A stretch of DNA of 64,000 nucleotides from an uncultured Spartobacteria bacterium (GCA_937901895.1 CALGTD010000042.1:590-64589), one strand, 5' to 3'. Counted from the stretch's first letter, positions 48,419 through 58,512 are shown. Program-made: numbers and translations. Notes: generated by a model not told the origin, from the sequence alone.

Positions 48419-51154
48419 ATGGTTCCCCGGCACAAGGATCGCGTGCTCGCCGAGGCGGCCCGCAAACTGGCTGAGCGCACCCGGCGCGGGAAGCAGGACT
48501 GGCTGCCGATCTTCAAGCGATTCCTCAAGCTCGAGGAACACCGGCTGCGGCTCTGGCACAACGCCGGAGGAGGAGGCCGTGAAATCGCGCGGCAGCGGGC
48601 CGAGCTCATCGACATCGTGTTTCGCGAGCTGTTCGAGGCCGTTTCCAAATCGGCCCCGCCCGCGCCTCCGGATCGCTTCGTCGTGGCGGCGTTTGGAGGA
48701 TACGGCCGCCGGGAAATGAACCCGTTCAGCGACGTGGACATCATGTTCATCGTCGATCGCGGGAAGCCGTCGGCGGTGCTGGAAAACGTGATTCGGAACA
48801 CGCTTACCGCGCTGTGGGATCTGGGGCTGAAGGTCGGGCACTCCACGCGCTCGATCGCCCAGGCGATCAAGGCGGCGAATGACGATCCGGTCAACAAGAC
48901 CTCGATGCTCGAGTGCCGGTTCCTGCTTGGCGACCGCGAGCTGTTCAACGAATTCAAGGAACGCTTCGAGCGCGACTGCGTAAGGGGCAAGGAGGACGCC
49001 TACATTGCATGGCGGCTCGCTAGCCAGCGAGAGAGTCACGAGAAATTCGGAGGCTCGGTGTTCATGCAGGAGCCCAATGTGAAGAACGGCTGCGGGGGCC
49101 TGCGTGATTATCAGAACATGCTCTGGGTCGCGTATTTTTCGAAGGGCATCAACACGCCGTCCAAGCTCGTCGAGCGGAAGTTTCTACGCTCCTCCGAGCG
49201 CCGGCTGCTCGACAAGGCCTGCGACTTCCTGCTGAGGGTGCGCACGGAGATGCATTATCAGAACGGCCGTCCGCTCGACGGACTCACGCTGCAAATGCAG
49301 GGGCGTGTGGCCACGGCGTTTCAATATCCGCAGAAGCACATCCTCCGGCGGTGCGAGGCCTTCATGCGGGATTACTACAGCCACACCCGCGACATCTACC
49401 TCATCACGCGTCTCGTGCTCGACCGGCTCAAGGTGATCGAGGAGCCGAAGACCGGTCGTCTGCTGGGCCTGCTCGGACGCAAGCCCCGGGTCGAAAAATT
49501 CGATGGGTTTCTGGCGAAGGAGGGCCAGATGTTTCCGCAGGATCGCGAAATTTTCCGGGAGGATCCGTTCCGGTTGCTGAGGGCGTTCCGGCACGCACAG
49601 CAACGGCGGCTGGAACTCAGCGCGGAACTCCGCGACCTCCTTGCGCGGCGTGCGCGGCTGATCGATCGGACGTTTCAATACGCCCGGTTGAGCCGGGAGA
49701 CCTTTCTCGAGATTCTTTCCCACAAGGGCGAAGTCGGACCGATCCTTCGCGCAATGCACGAGACGGGCGTGCTCGGACGCTACATGCCGGAATTTGGTGC
49801 CCTCACCTGCCTGGTGCAGCACGAGTTCTTTCACCGATATACGGCGGATGAGCACACGCTCGTCTGCATCGAGAAACTCGATGAAGTGCTGCTCTCCGAT
49901 GAGAGGCGTTTGCAGGGATATCGCGCGTTGTTCCAGCAGCTCGAAGACCCCGCGATTCTCTACCTCGCGCTGCTTCTCCACGACGTCGGCAAGGCGGCGA
50001 ACACCCGCCATCACGAGGAGCAAAGCGCCATCCTTGCGCACCGTGTGGCGCGGAGATTTCAACTCTCGCCCGATCGTCGGCGGATGTTGCTAACCCTGGT
50101 GGATTCCCACTACGCGCTTTCGCACACGGCTCAGACGCGCAACCTCGACGAGCCCGCCACCATCTCGGAGTTTGTGGGCATTGTTCACAACCGGCGCAAT
50201 CTCGACGCGCTGATGCTGCTCACGCTCGCCGACGGTCGTGGCACCAGCGACGAGAACTGGTCGGACTGGAAGGAGTCGCTGGTCTGGCAGCTCTATCGCA
50301 AGGCGAAGGAGTTCCTCGAGGCCGGTCCGCGCTGGGTCGAAATGCGGCGGCGCGACCGCGAGTCGCTGCATTCCGAAGTCCGACGGATGCTTCCCGCCGG
50401 CTACGAGAGCGAAGTGGAGGCGCTTTTCGACTACATGCCGGAGCGGTATTTCCACGCCTTTGAGGCTGCGGCGATCGTGGAGCACCTCAAGGTCTTCCGC
50501 GCGTTTCTGCACCAGCATCTCAACGAGCCGTCGAGGGTGTTGCAGCCGGTTTATCGCTGGATTCCCCGGCCGGAGCGCGGCCACACGGAGGTCTGGGTGT
50601 GCGGGTGGGATCGCGAACGTCTGCTCGAGCGAATTGCGGGAGCGTTTCTCTCGGTGCATGTGAACATCCTCAGCGCCGACATCTTCACACGCGGAGACAA
50701 CCTCGCGCTCGACATCTTCCGCGTCTGCGACACGCGACAGCAGCCGGTCACCAGTCAACGGGACATTGAGCGAGTCGAGGAGCGGCTCAACGAGGCCCTG
50801 CGCGAAAGCGACTTCGACTTCACACCGCTCATCGGCGAGCCGAGCCGGCTGCGCTCCTACCGCCTCTCGCAGGAGGCCGAGCTGCCCACGCGCATCGTCG
50901 TGGACAACTCCTCGCACCCGCTCTACACGATCGTCGAGGTTCAGACGCCCGATCGCATCGGACTGCTCTATTCGATGCTGCGTGCGTTTGGCGGCGCGGG
51001 GATTTCCATCCAGACCTCGCGCATCACCACGGAAATGGGCGTGGCGCTGGACACCTTTTATGTGACCGGGCGCGACGACCGGAAAATCGAAGATCCGGCG
51101 AAGATTCAGCGACTCCTCAAACGCGCGGCGACCGGATCCGGAGAGCTCCCCTGA
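48419..51154 (+). CDS. glnD: [Protein-PII] uridylyltransferase / uridylyl-removing enzyme
   Basis: It has a nucleotidyltransferase motif (GGYGRREMNPFSDVDIMFI), an HD domain (LLLHDVGK) and two C-terminal ACT domains. It starts 4 nt after the OmpA-like gene. Confidence 0.92.
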   Translation: MVPRHKDRVLAEAARKLAERTRRGKQDWLPIFKRFLKLEEHRLRLWHNAGGGGREIARQRAELIDIVFRELFEAVSKSAPPAPPDRFVVAAFGGYGRREMNPFSDVDIMFIVDRGKPSAVLENVIRNTLTALWDLGLKVGHSTRSIAQAIKAANDDPVNKTSMLECRFLLGDRELFNEFKERFERDCVRGKEDAYIAWRLASQRESHEKFGGSVFMQEPNVKNGCGGLRDYQNMLWVAYFSKGINTPSKLVERKFLRSSERRLLDKACDFLLRVRTEMHYQNGRPLDGLTLQMQGRVATAFQYPQKHILRRCEAFMRDYYSHTRDIYLITRLVLDRLKVIEEPKTGRLLGLLGRKPRVEKFDGFLAKEGQMFPQDREIFREDPFRLLRAFRHAQQRRLELSAELRDLLARRARLIDRTFQYARLSRETFLEILSHKGEVGPILRAMHETGVLGRYMPEFGALTCLVQHEFFHRYTADEHTLVCIEKLDEVLLSDERRLQGYRALFQQLEDPAILYLALLLHDVGKAANTRHHEEQSAILAHRVARRFQLSPDRRRMLLTLVDSHYALSHTAQTRNLDEPATISEFVGIVHNRRNLDALMLLTLADGRGTSDENWSDWKESLVWQLYRKAKEFLEAGPRWVEMRRRDRESLHSEVRRMLPAGYESEVEALFDYMPERYFHAFEAAAIVEHLKVFRAFLHQHLNEPSRVLQPVYRWIPRPERGHTEVWVCGWDRERLLERIAGAFLSVHVNILSADIFTRGDNLALDIFRVCDTRQQPVTSQRDIERVEERLNEALRESDFDFTPLIGEPSRLRSYRLSQEAELPTRIVVDNSSHPLYTIVEVQTPDRIGLLYSMLRAFGGAGISIQTSRITTEMGVALDTFYVTGRDDRKIEDPAKIQRLLKRAATGSGELP

Positions 51155-51213
51155 GTGGTTCTTCGGGGAGCGGCCTGCTTGACACCCGCATCCGCGGCGG
51201 CTCCAGTCTCCCC

Positions 51214-51816
51214 ATGACCCTTAGAACCTGGCTTGGTGTTGCGGCATTCCTCCTCTGCGGTTCCTTCGCCGCGAGGGCGGACATGATTTCGGATCTCAGC
51301 AAGGAGGAGATCGCGAAGCTCATGGCTGGCGAGATGATCGTCAGTGGAAAGGACATGCCGACCGGAGGCTGGCCACAGGTCACGGTCTATACGTTTGTGA
51401 AAGCTCCGGTCGATGTGATCGAGGGCGTGCTGCGCGACTACGAGCACGCGCAGGATTTTCAGCCGGGCCTCGTCTCCGCGAAGGTCATTTCCCATCCAAG
51501 TCCGGATGTCTACGAGGTCGAATATACATCGAAGCTGCCGATGTTCGGCACGACGACCTACACGATGCGCAACACGTTCAAGAACGTGGACAACGGGTTC
51601 GAGGTGACGTGGAAGCTGGTGAAATCCTCGATGGCGGAGATTTCCGACGGCTCATTGCGCGCGGAGCCTTACAAGGACGGCAGCATCTTCCGCTACGTGA
51701 ACTACGTGAAGCCGAAGTCGTCGATCGCGATGATCGCGAAGAATGCAGCCCTCGGTGAGGCGAAGAAAACGGTGTCGGAACTGAAGGCCGAAGCCGAGAA
51801 GCGCGCGAAGGACTGA
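51214..51816 (+). CDS. Secreted SRPBCC/START-like protein (hypothetical)
   Basis: Signal peptide MTLRTWLGVAAFLLCGSFAARA. The alpha/beta domain of about 150 aa has an SRPBCC-like pattern. The assignment is tentative. Confidence 0.45.
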   Translation: MTLRTWLGVAAFLLCGSFAARADMISDLSKEEIAKLMAGEMIVSGKDMPTGGWPQVTVYTFVKAPVDVIEGVLRDYEHAQDFQPGLVSAKVISHPSPDVYEVEYTSKLPMFGTTTYTMRNTFKNVDNGFEVTWKLVKSSMAEISDGSLRAEPYKDGSIFRYVNYVKPKSSIAMIAKNAALGEAKKTVSELKAEAEKRAKD

Positions 51817-51823
51817 CGGGCGA

Positions 51824-53974
51824 CTATCGCCGCCTTCCGCCACCACCACCACGGTGGCCTCCGAAGTGGTGTCCACCGCCGAAGTTGCCGCGTGCGCGCG
51901 CGCCGAAATGACGGTTCAGATCCTCGCGATGCGGGCGGAACGCATTTTCATCAGGCCGGTCCCAGCGACCGTTGTGGTGCTGCTCCCAGCCGTCGCCGTT
52001 GTGACGATACACGTTGCCGTCGCGGTCGGCGTAGAGGTGGTTGCGATCGAGGCGGTTCTGATCGTGCTGCTCGCGGCTTTCATCGCGCTGAATCTGTTGG
52101 CGGTCCTCCTGCCGCTGCGCGCGGTCGGCGGGGTTGCCCCGGTCGTGATCGATCTGGTTTTGCAGATGCTGCTGATGATGCGCGAGGTGCGTTTCGTTGT
52201 TCCGAAGCCTCTCCCGTTCCTGCGGAGTCAGGCGGTTGGGGTGGTTGCGGTAGATGTTCGTGTGATTGACCGTGCGGTTGATGTTGTTCGTGACGTTGCG
52301 GTTGATCGTCACGTTCTCGTTCCAGTTTGAATTCCAGTTCCAGTTGCTCCACTGGTAGTTGCCGCAGCCCCACCAGCCGCTGTTCCAGCCGCAGGCGAAC
52401 GCGTCCGCACCCCAGCCCCCGCCGATTCCAAAGCCCCAGCAACCCCAGCCGACGCTGAACGTGGCGCCGAATCCCCACGTCACCGGCCGCGGGATGAACA
52501 CGGTTCCGAACCACGGGTTGTAGTTCCAGCCGGTGCCGAAGACCACGGCGTCATTGAAAATGTAGCTTCCCGTGTAGCCGGGCAGGTAGCCGCACACGAC
52601 TGCGTCCGGCGTGTAGGAATAGATGCTGCAGAACGTGACGGGGTAGATCGGGCAGCTTGGAGGAATCGTGTAAATCACCTGCGGGATCTCAATGCTCACG
52701 GTCCACGGGCCGGTGGGTGCGGGTCCCTGGAACCAGACGCCGTCCGAGCAGACGAAGTAGGTTTCGTCCACCTCCACGACGGACTGCGCGGTATTCACAC
52801 CGTAACGCACGGAGGAATCCTTCGTGACGGGCTCAAATTTTGGGTCACCATCGTATGTGACGTCCGGACCGGCTGCGATGCGCTGGACGGCCGCCGTTTG
52901 CGGAATGGCGGCGTCGAGGATGGCGTCCTTCGCCGTCGCGGTGCCGGCCACGCTGGCGAGGGCGTTTGCCTTTGGCGAGCCCGGCGGGATCTTTGCGAAA
53001 TCCGTAGGCAGCGCGTTGGCGGCGACATAGGTCCATGGCCCGGACTGGGAACTCGCGGTGAACCAGCGGCCGGAAAGCAGCACGTAGATCGCCTGCGAGT
53101 CGATGTCCATGAACACGTCGCTGTCTGTATTTGAAATGTAGAGAAGGTTCGTGCCCTCGATCGGGCTGTATTCGGCGGGGCCGGTGGTCTGGATCAATTC
53201 CGTAGGCTGCGTGGCGACGATGACCTGCGGTGGCTCGCCGGGCGTGGTTCTGGAACTGGACGACGGATCCTGATGGTTTGCGGCGAGCGAGGCGACGGCG
53301 TCGGGCACATCGGAGGTGGGGATCCACGGGCCGTTGAGGACATTCGCAGAGCTGAGCCACTGACCGCCGCCGTGGAGATAGTAGGTCTTCGTCGAGGGAT
53401 CGAGCGCGAGGAAGAACGGCGTGTTCACCACGGTCATGATCGGGGAACCCGGGGTCTGCACGAGCTGGGGCTCGCCGGCGATCGAGACGAGCACGGTGGG
53501 TTGCGCGGCGAAGATGATGTTCGGCGGCGTGGTCTGGAGATCCGCGGCGGCGGCCTGCTGTTGCTTCGTGAGTGCAAGCTGCGCGAGAAGCTGGTTCAGC
53601 GAGAGCGTGAGATTCCATTCGCCGGCCGCCTGACCGATCGTCTGTGACACGGTTTGCGCAGTGCCGGAATCCGCGCTCGGAAAGTGGCTCTTCGTCACGT
53701 CGATGTTCCGGACCGTTGCCGTGCCGGTATCGCGATCGGTGGCCACGTTTGCGGTGAAGAAGATTGCACCGAAGAGCGGCTCGCCCGCGCCCTGTGCGAC
53801 GGACACGGCGGCGCGGGCGGTGAATTGATTGCCCGAAAACGACTCGATCTGCGGCTGGTAGACGGTGACCTCCCCCGCGGAGGAATCACAGCGTTGCGGC
53901 CATGTGGAGAACTGCGCCCGGACAGCGGCGGCGGTGAGAGTGATGGCCAGCAGGAATGCGAGCGGGACTTTCAT
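51824..53974 (-). CDS. Hypothetical secreted protein with Trp/Gly/Asn-rich and His/Arg/Asp/Gln-rich C-terminal tail
   Basis: Start at ATG 53974, giving the signal peptide [21 protein letters not shown]. It is 716 aa, with GPW-containing modules and an unusual C-terminal low-complexity region. Confidence 0.6.
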   Translation of the reverse strand: MKVPLAFLLAITLTAAAVRAQFSTWPQRCDSSAGEVTVYQPQIESFSGNQFTARAAVSVAQGAGEPLFGAIFFTANVATDRDTGTATVRNIDVTKSHFPSADSGTAQTVSQTIGQAAGEWNLTLSLNQLLAQLALTKQQQAAAADLQTTPPNIIFAAQPTVLVSIAGEPQLVQTPGSPIMTVVNTPFFLALDPSTKTYYLHGGGQWLSSANVLNGPWIPTSDVPDAVASLAANHQDPSSSSRTTPGEPPQVIVATQPTELIQTTGPAEYSPIEGTNLLYISNTDSDVFMDIDSQAIYVLLSGRWFTASSQSGPWTYVAANALPTDFAKIPPGSPKANALASVAGTATAKDAILDAAIPQTAAVQRIAAGPDVTYDGDPKFEPVTKDSSVRYGVNTAQSVVEVDETYFVCSDGVWFQGPAPTGPWTVSIEIPQVIYTIPPSCPIYPVTFCSIYSYTPDAVVCGYLPGYTGSYIFNDAVVFGTGWNYNPWFGTVFIPRPVTWGFGATFSVGWGCWGFGIGGGWGADAFACGWNSGWWGCGNYQWSNWNWNSNWNENVTINRNVTNNINRTVNHTNIYRNHPNRLTPQERERLRNNETHLAHHQQHLQNQIDHDRGNPADRAQRQEDRQQIQRDESREQHDQNRLDRNHLYADRDGNVYRHNGDGWEQHHNGRWDRPDENAFRPHREDLNRHFGARARGNFGGGHHFGGHRGGGGGRRR

Positions 53975-54003
53975 TTGTATGGCTCCACTCCAGCCGGCCC
54001 CGC

Positions 54004-54049
54004 ATCCCGCCGCAAGTCGGGAAAAACCGATGCTCGCGGGATTTTTTCT
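54004..54049 (+). promoter_or_regulatory. Leader hairpin plus T-run upstream of rpmI (attenuator-like)
   Basis: ATCCCGC (54004-54010) can pair with GCGGGAT (54036-54042), which is followed by TTTTTT. Part of the same left arm (CCCG, 54006-54009) can alternatively pair with CGGG (54018-54021). No upstream + strand gene exists that it could terminate. Confidence 0.3.
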
Positions 54050-54089
54050 TGTTGCGGGGGAGGCCGATCCGCATAGTCTCCGGTTCCTC

Positions 54090-54299
54090 ATGCCAAAAGC
54101 AATCGCACGCAGCAAGACACGCAAGGCAGCCGCGAAACGGTTCAAAGTGACCGCCACCGGCAAGGTTCTGCGCGCTCATGCGGGGCGGCGTCACCTGCTT
54201 TCCTGCAAGTCGGCCAAGCGCAAGCGCAATCTTGCGAAGGCCGCCGTCGTGGAAAAGTCGGACGAGGCCCGCATCAAATTGAACCTGCCTTTCGCGTAA
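54090..54299 (+). CDS. rpmI: 50S ribosomal protein L35
   Basis: Start at ATG 54090. The sequence [37 protein letters not shown] is characteristic of bL35. Confidence 0.93.
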   Translation: MPKAIARSKTRKAAAKRFKVTATGKVLRAHAGRRHLLSCKSAKRKRNLAKAAVVEKSDEARIKLNLPFA

Positions 54300-54398
54300 C
54301 CACCGAGTGATCCATGGGTCTTCCCTCGCGATGGCGGGGGATAACGGAACGGACGAGGCCCTGGATCCAAGATAAACGAACAGTCCGCTCCATGGAGG

Positions 54399-54425
54399 CT
54401 CCGGCGCTGAAACGCCGGGGTTTTT
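54399..54425 (+). terminator. Terminator/attenuator-like hairpin between rpmI and rplT
   Basis: CCGGCG-CTGAAA-CGCCGG, extendable to 8 bp, followed by GGTTTTT. It ends 5 nt before the rplT ATG. Confidence 0.4.
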
Positions 54426-54430
54426 GACAC

Positions 54431-54808
54431 ATGCCAAGAGCAACCAATGCTCCCGCAAGCCGCGAGCGCCGCAAGCGCGTCGTGGATGCATCCAAGGGTT
54501 ATCGCGGCCGCCGCTCCAAGCTCTTCCGCTACGCGAAAGACGCGCAGATGAAGGCGAAATACTGGGCCTACCGCGACCGTAAGACGCGCAAGCGCAACTT
54601 CCGCGCCCTGTGGATCAGCCGTCTCAGCGCCGCCGTGCGCGCGCAGGGGCTCACCTACAGCCGTTTCGTCGAAGGCCTGAAGGCCGCAAACATCGGTCTC
54701 GATCGCAAGATCCTCGCCGACCTCGCCGTAAACGACGAGACGACCTTCAACGCGATCGTCGCCCAGGCGCAGGCCGCGCTCGGCGCGAAGTCGAAGAAGG
54801 CCGCCTAA
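54431..54808 (+). CDS. rplT: 50S ribosomal protein L20
   Basis: MPRATNAPASRERRKRVVDASKGYRGRRSKLFRYAKDA... is a typical bL20 sequence. Confidence 0.95.
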   Translation: MPRATNAPASRERRKRVVDASKGYRGRRSKLFRYAKDAQMKAKYWAYRDRKTRKRNFRALWISRLSAAVRAQGLTYSRFVEGLKAANIGLDRKILADLAVNDETTFNAIVAQAQAALGAKSKKAA

Positions 54809-54817
54809 AGCTTTCCC

Positions 54818-54852
54818 GCAAGGAGCACGAAGCCTCCCTTCGTGCTCCTTGC
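54818..54852 (+). terminator. Perfect 15-bp hairpin between rplT and pheS
   Basis: GCAAGGAGCACGAAG - CCTCC - CTTCGTGCTCCTTGC, followed by GTTTGCATTTT. It ends 11 nt before the pheS ATG. Confidence 0.45.
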
Positions 54853-54863
54853 GTTTGCATTTT

Positions 54864-55871
54864 ATGGAAGCGCAAATCGAAGCCCTTCGCGCCGAGGCGC
54901 TCGCTGCGATTTCGGCCGCGAAGGATGCCCGGGAGCTCGATGCCGTCCGGGTGAAATACATGGGCCGGGCCGGCGCGATTCCGCTCCTCAGCGAAGGAAT
55001 GCGCAATGTGCCGAAGGAGGACAAGGCGCGGGTCGGGAAGGCGCTCAATGCGCTTCGCACCGATGTCACTGCCGCGCTGGAATCCGCAGTGCAGGCCATT
55101 GCCGACGCCGCCGATAATGCGGCGCTTGCGGACATCGACGTCACGCTTCCCGGCATCGCACCCGCGCAGGGATCGATTCATCCACTTACACAGCTCCTCG
55201 ACCGGGCGGTGCGCATTTTCCGCCGGATGGGATTCGCTCTCGCGGACGGGCCCGACATCGAGACGGAGTGGCATTGCTTTGATGCGCTGAACACGCCGCC
55301 GCATCACCCCGCGCGCAACGAGCAGGATACCTTCTACCTGCCCGACGGGCGGTTGTTGCGCACACACACGTCGACCGTGCAGATCCGCACGATGGAGACG
55401 CAGTCGCCGCCCGTGCGCATCATTGCTCCGGGCGCTGCGTATCGACGCGACGAGGTGGATGCGACTCACCTCGCACAGTTCACACAGATGGAGGGCCTCT
55501 ACGTCGCGGAGAAGGTTTCCGTCGCCGATCTCAAGGGGACACTTGAATTTTTCCTGCGCGAGCTATTCGGCGAGAACACGAAGATCCGCTTCCGTCCCCA
55601 CTTTTTCCCGTTCACGGAGCCGAGCTTCGAGATCGACATCCAGACGCCCGCCACGGGTGGAAAGTGGATGGAACTCGCCGGCTGCGGCATGGTCGATCCC
55701 GCCGTCTTTCAGCAGATTTGCGACCGGCGGGGTGACGAGGTCTACCATCCGGACAAGGTCAGTGGATTCGCGTTCGGCTTTGGCCTGGACCGTCTCGCGA
55801 TGAATCTCATCGGTATTCCCGACATCCGCATGCTCGTGGAGAACGACCTGCGGTTTCTCAGGCAATTTTAA
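54864..55871 (+). CDS. pheS: Phenylalanine--tRNA ligase alpha subunit
   Basis: ATG 54864 is preferred over TTG 54849, which lies inside the hairpin. Class II motifs are present (FRPHFFPFTEPSFEIDI; GFAFGFGLDRLAM). Confidence 0.93.
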   Translation: MEAQIEALRAEALAAISAAKDARELDAVRVKYMGRAGAIPLLSEGMRNVPKEDKARVGKALNALRTDVTAALESAVQAIADAADNAALADIDVTLPGIAPAQGSIHPLTQLLDRAVRIFRRMGFALADGPDIETEWHCFDALNTPPHHPARNEQDTFYLPDGRLLRTHTSTVQIRTMETQSPPVRIIAPGAAYRRDEVDATHLAQFTQMEGLYVAEKVSVADLKGTLEFFLRELFGENTKIRFRPHFFPFTEPSFEIDIQTPATGGKWMELAGCGMVDPAVFQQICDRRGDEVYHPDKVSGFAFGFGLDRLAMNLIGIPDIRMLVENDLRFLRQF

Positions 55872-55937
55872 ATCGGGAGAACGCGGAGGAGCCGATCCGT
55901 TTCGAGATCTCTCGTCCGTTGTGCCCTAGGTGGTGAA

Positions 55938-58280
55938 ATGAAAATCTCGCTCAGTTGGTTGAAGGAATTCGTGCCTTACGAAGGCGCGGCGCAGGATCTC
56001 GGCGATTTGCTTACGCGCGCCGGACTCGAGGTCGGGTCGATTGAAACCCGTGGCGCGGATTTTCCAAAGGTCGTCGTCGCGCAGATTCTTGAGTCGAATC
56101 CGCATCCGAACGCCGACCGCCTGAGCGTGTGCAAGGTTGACGACGGCAGCGGCGAACCGCGCCAGATCGTATGCGGCGCGAAGAACTACAAGGTCGGCGA
56201 CAAGGTCCCGCTCGCGCTGCCCGGGGCCGTGCTGCCCGGAAATTTCAAGATCAAGTCCGGCAAGCTTCGCGGGGTCGAGAGTGACGGCATGATGTGCAGC
56301 GCGAAGGAGCTGAATCTCGCCGAGGACGCTCAAGGGTTGCTGATTCTTTCTCCGGATCTGAAAACGGGCACCCCGATCTCGGAGGTGTTTCCGCCGGAGA
56401 CCGTGCTGGAAATTGAAATTACGCCGAACCGTCCCGACTGGCTCAGCCACGCAGGTGTTGCGCGCGAGGTCGCCGCGAACACGAATCTCCCGGCCACGTC
56501 GCCGAATCCCGGGATTGCGCCGACGCGGGAGGATGCCGCGGTTGCGCGGATCGAAGACGCCACGGCATGTCCGTTCTACTCCGTGCGCCGCATTTCGGGT
56601 GTGAAGATTGGTCCGAGCCCGGAATGGCTCCGACGCAGGCTGGAGTCCATCGGCCTGCGTTCGATCAACAACGTGGTCGACGTGACGAATTACGTGATGA
56701 TGGAACTCGGCCAGCCGTTGCATGCGTTCGACGCGGCAAAGATCGCGGGCGGCATCATCGTCCGCCGGGCGATGGCCGGTGAGAAGTTTCTCGCGCTCGA
56801 CGGTCGGGAGTATGAGCTGCGTTCCGCGGACCTTGTCATCGCGGACTCCGGCAGGGCTGTCGCGCTTGCCGGCGTGATGGGTGGTGAGGATTCCGGCGTC
56901 ACGGAAACGACCACCGATCTTCTGCTCGAGAGCGCGCTTTTCGACCCGCCCACCGTGCGCGCGACCGCACGTGCTCTCGATCTGCACAGTGATTCGAGCT
57001 ACCGCTTCGAGCGCGGCGTGGATCCCGCCGGAGTGCTTCTTGCGAGTGCCCGTGCGGTGGAATTGATTCTCGAGGTCGCCGGCGGCGTTGCGGAGGAAAC
57101 CGTGGTGGTTGCCGGTGCGCTGCCGCCGCTCGAATGGACGGTCGAGCTGGCGTATTCGCGATGCAGAGACCTGCTGGGTGTCGGCATCTCCAACGATCGC
57201 GTGAATGCGGCACTGGCAAAGCTTGGCCTCGATAAGGTCTCGGGCGACGATGCGAAGTCGGTGTGGAAAATCCCGTCGGGGCGCGCGGATCTTACGCGTG
57301 ACGTGGATCTCATCGAGGAGGTCGTCCGTCTGGTCGGCATTGAAAGCATTCCCTCCCGTCTCGTTGGCGCACCCACGCTCGCGACCCGTGCCGATGCCAC
57401 CTACGACGATGCGATGCACGTTCGCAGATCGCTCCGCGATCTTGGATTCAGCGAGGCGCGCACGAGCACGCTCGTGTCCCGCGCATCCCACTCCGCATAT
57501 CCGCTGATGGAGCTGCGGAATCCGCTCGGCGAGGAGCAGTCGGCTCTCCGGCCGACGCTGCTGACAGGATTGCTGGCAGCCGTGGAGCGGAACCTGAACT
57601 TCGGAGCCACCTCGGTGCGACTTTTCGAAGTGGGGCGTGTGTTCTCGGCATCCCAGGAGGAGCAGGTGGACCGCGTGGCGCTGGTGATGACGGGTGAACG
57701 TGTCGCAAAGTCGTGGCGCGATTCCGGAGACGAGAGCTTCGACTTCTTCGACATGAAGGGCGTGGTGCAGAGTCTCGTGCGAAGTGCAACGTTTCACCAC
57801 GTTTCCCGGGAACCGTTTGCCCTTGCCGTCGAGGTGAAGGTTGGGGATGCATCCGCCGGATTTGTGGGACAGATTTCCCCCTCCGCTGCGCGGGCGATGA
57901 ACGCGCGCGGCCCGGTGATTGCCGCCGAACTGCGCCTCGACCTCCTCGAAGCTGCGGACCAGGTGCGCGAGTTCGTTCCGATTCCGAAGTTCCCCGCGGT
58001 TACACGCGATTTTGCAGTGGTCGTTCCACGGGACATGGCGTTCGGAACCATCGAGGCGGCGGTTCATGCGGCGCAGGAGCCGCTGCTGGCCGGAATGCAG
58101 GTCTTTGATGTTTTCGCCGACGACACGGGCGCAAAGCTGCCGGCGGATCGGAAGTCGCTGGCGTTCTCCTTGACTTTCCGCTCGCCCGAGCGAACGCTGA
58201 CTGCGGAGGAAGTGACTGCCGCGTGCGACCGGTTGAAAGCCGGCCTGCGATCGCAGCTGGGAGTCGACTTCCGGGAATAG
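55938..58280 (+). CDS. pheT: Phenylalanine--tRNA ligase beta subunit
   Basis: The N-terminus is MKISLSWLKEFV. It has a tRNA-binding OB domain (HPNADRLSVCKVDDG), B3/4 and B5 domains, and a FDX-ACB C-terminus. Confidence 0.95.
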   Translation: MKISLSWLKEFVPYEGAAQDLGDLLTRAGLEVGSIETRGADFPKVVVAQILESNPHPNADRLSVCKVDDGSGEPRQIVCGAKNYKVGDKVPLALPGAVLPGNFKIKSGKLRGVESDGMMCSAKELNLAEDAQGLLILSPDLKTGTPISEVFPPETVLEIEITPNRPDWLSHAGVAREVAANTNLPATSPNPGIAPTREDAAVARIEDATACPFYSVRRISGVKIGPSPEWLRRRLESIGLRSINNVVDVTNYVMMELGQPLHAFDAAKIAGGIIVRRAMAGEKFLALDGREYELRSADLVIADSGRAVALAGVMGGEDSGVTETTTDLLLESALFDPPTVRATARALDLHSDSSYRFERGVDPAGVLLASARAVELILEVAGGVAEETVVVAGALPPLEWTVELAYSRCRDLLGVGISNDRVNAALAKLGLDKVSGDDAKSVWKIPSGRADLTRDVDLIEEVVRLVGIESIPSRLVGAPTLATRADATYDDAMHVRRSLRDLGFSEARTSTLVSRASHSAYPLMELRNPLGEEQSALRPTLLTGLLAAVERNLNFGATSVRLFEVGRVFSASQEEQVDRVALVMTGERVAKSWRDSGDESFDFFDMKGVVQSLVRSATFHHVSREPFALAVEVKVGDASAGFVGQISPSAARAMNARGPVIAAELRLDLLEAADQVREFVPIPKFPAVTRDFAVVVPRDMAFGTIEAAVHAAQEPLLAGMQVFDVFADDTGAKLPADRKSLAFSLTFRSPERTLTAEEVTAACDRLKAGLRSQLGVDFRE

Positions 58281-58512
58281 CTCTTTTCGAATTTGAATGG
58301 CGGTCCGCTCCGGCGGGCTCCACGGTTTTGCCCTGCGGTGTTCGAGACTGAGACGTCGAACTCCCGATCCGATGTAAAACACCCAGGAGGCTGTGCGGGG
58401 TGCGGTAATGACAGGCCTTTGTTGGACGTCAGAGCTTCATCCTGCGGTCATCCGCCGTTTCCATGAGGGAACGGGATAGGCGTCGAACGGCACAGGCGGG
58501 GCGAATCTTTCC

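Noticed and set aside
54849-54863. TTG 54849 as the pheS start, as given in the ORF track.
   Set aside because: This TTG lies inside the 3' arm of the perfect 15-bp hairpin. ATG 54864 gives the typical N-terminus MEAQIEALRAEAL.
58370-58400. A possible PyrR-binding motif (ACACCCAGGAGGCUGUG) in the carA leader.
   Set aside because: It only loosely resembles the PyrR consensus as I remember it (ARUCCAGAGAGGYU). No pyrR gene is in the window, and PyrR attenuation is characteristic of Firmicutes. It remains only a general attenuator hypothesis.
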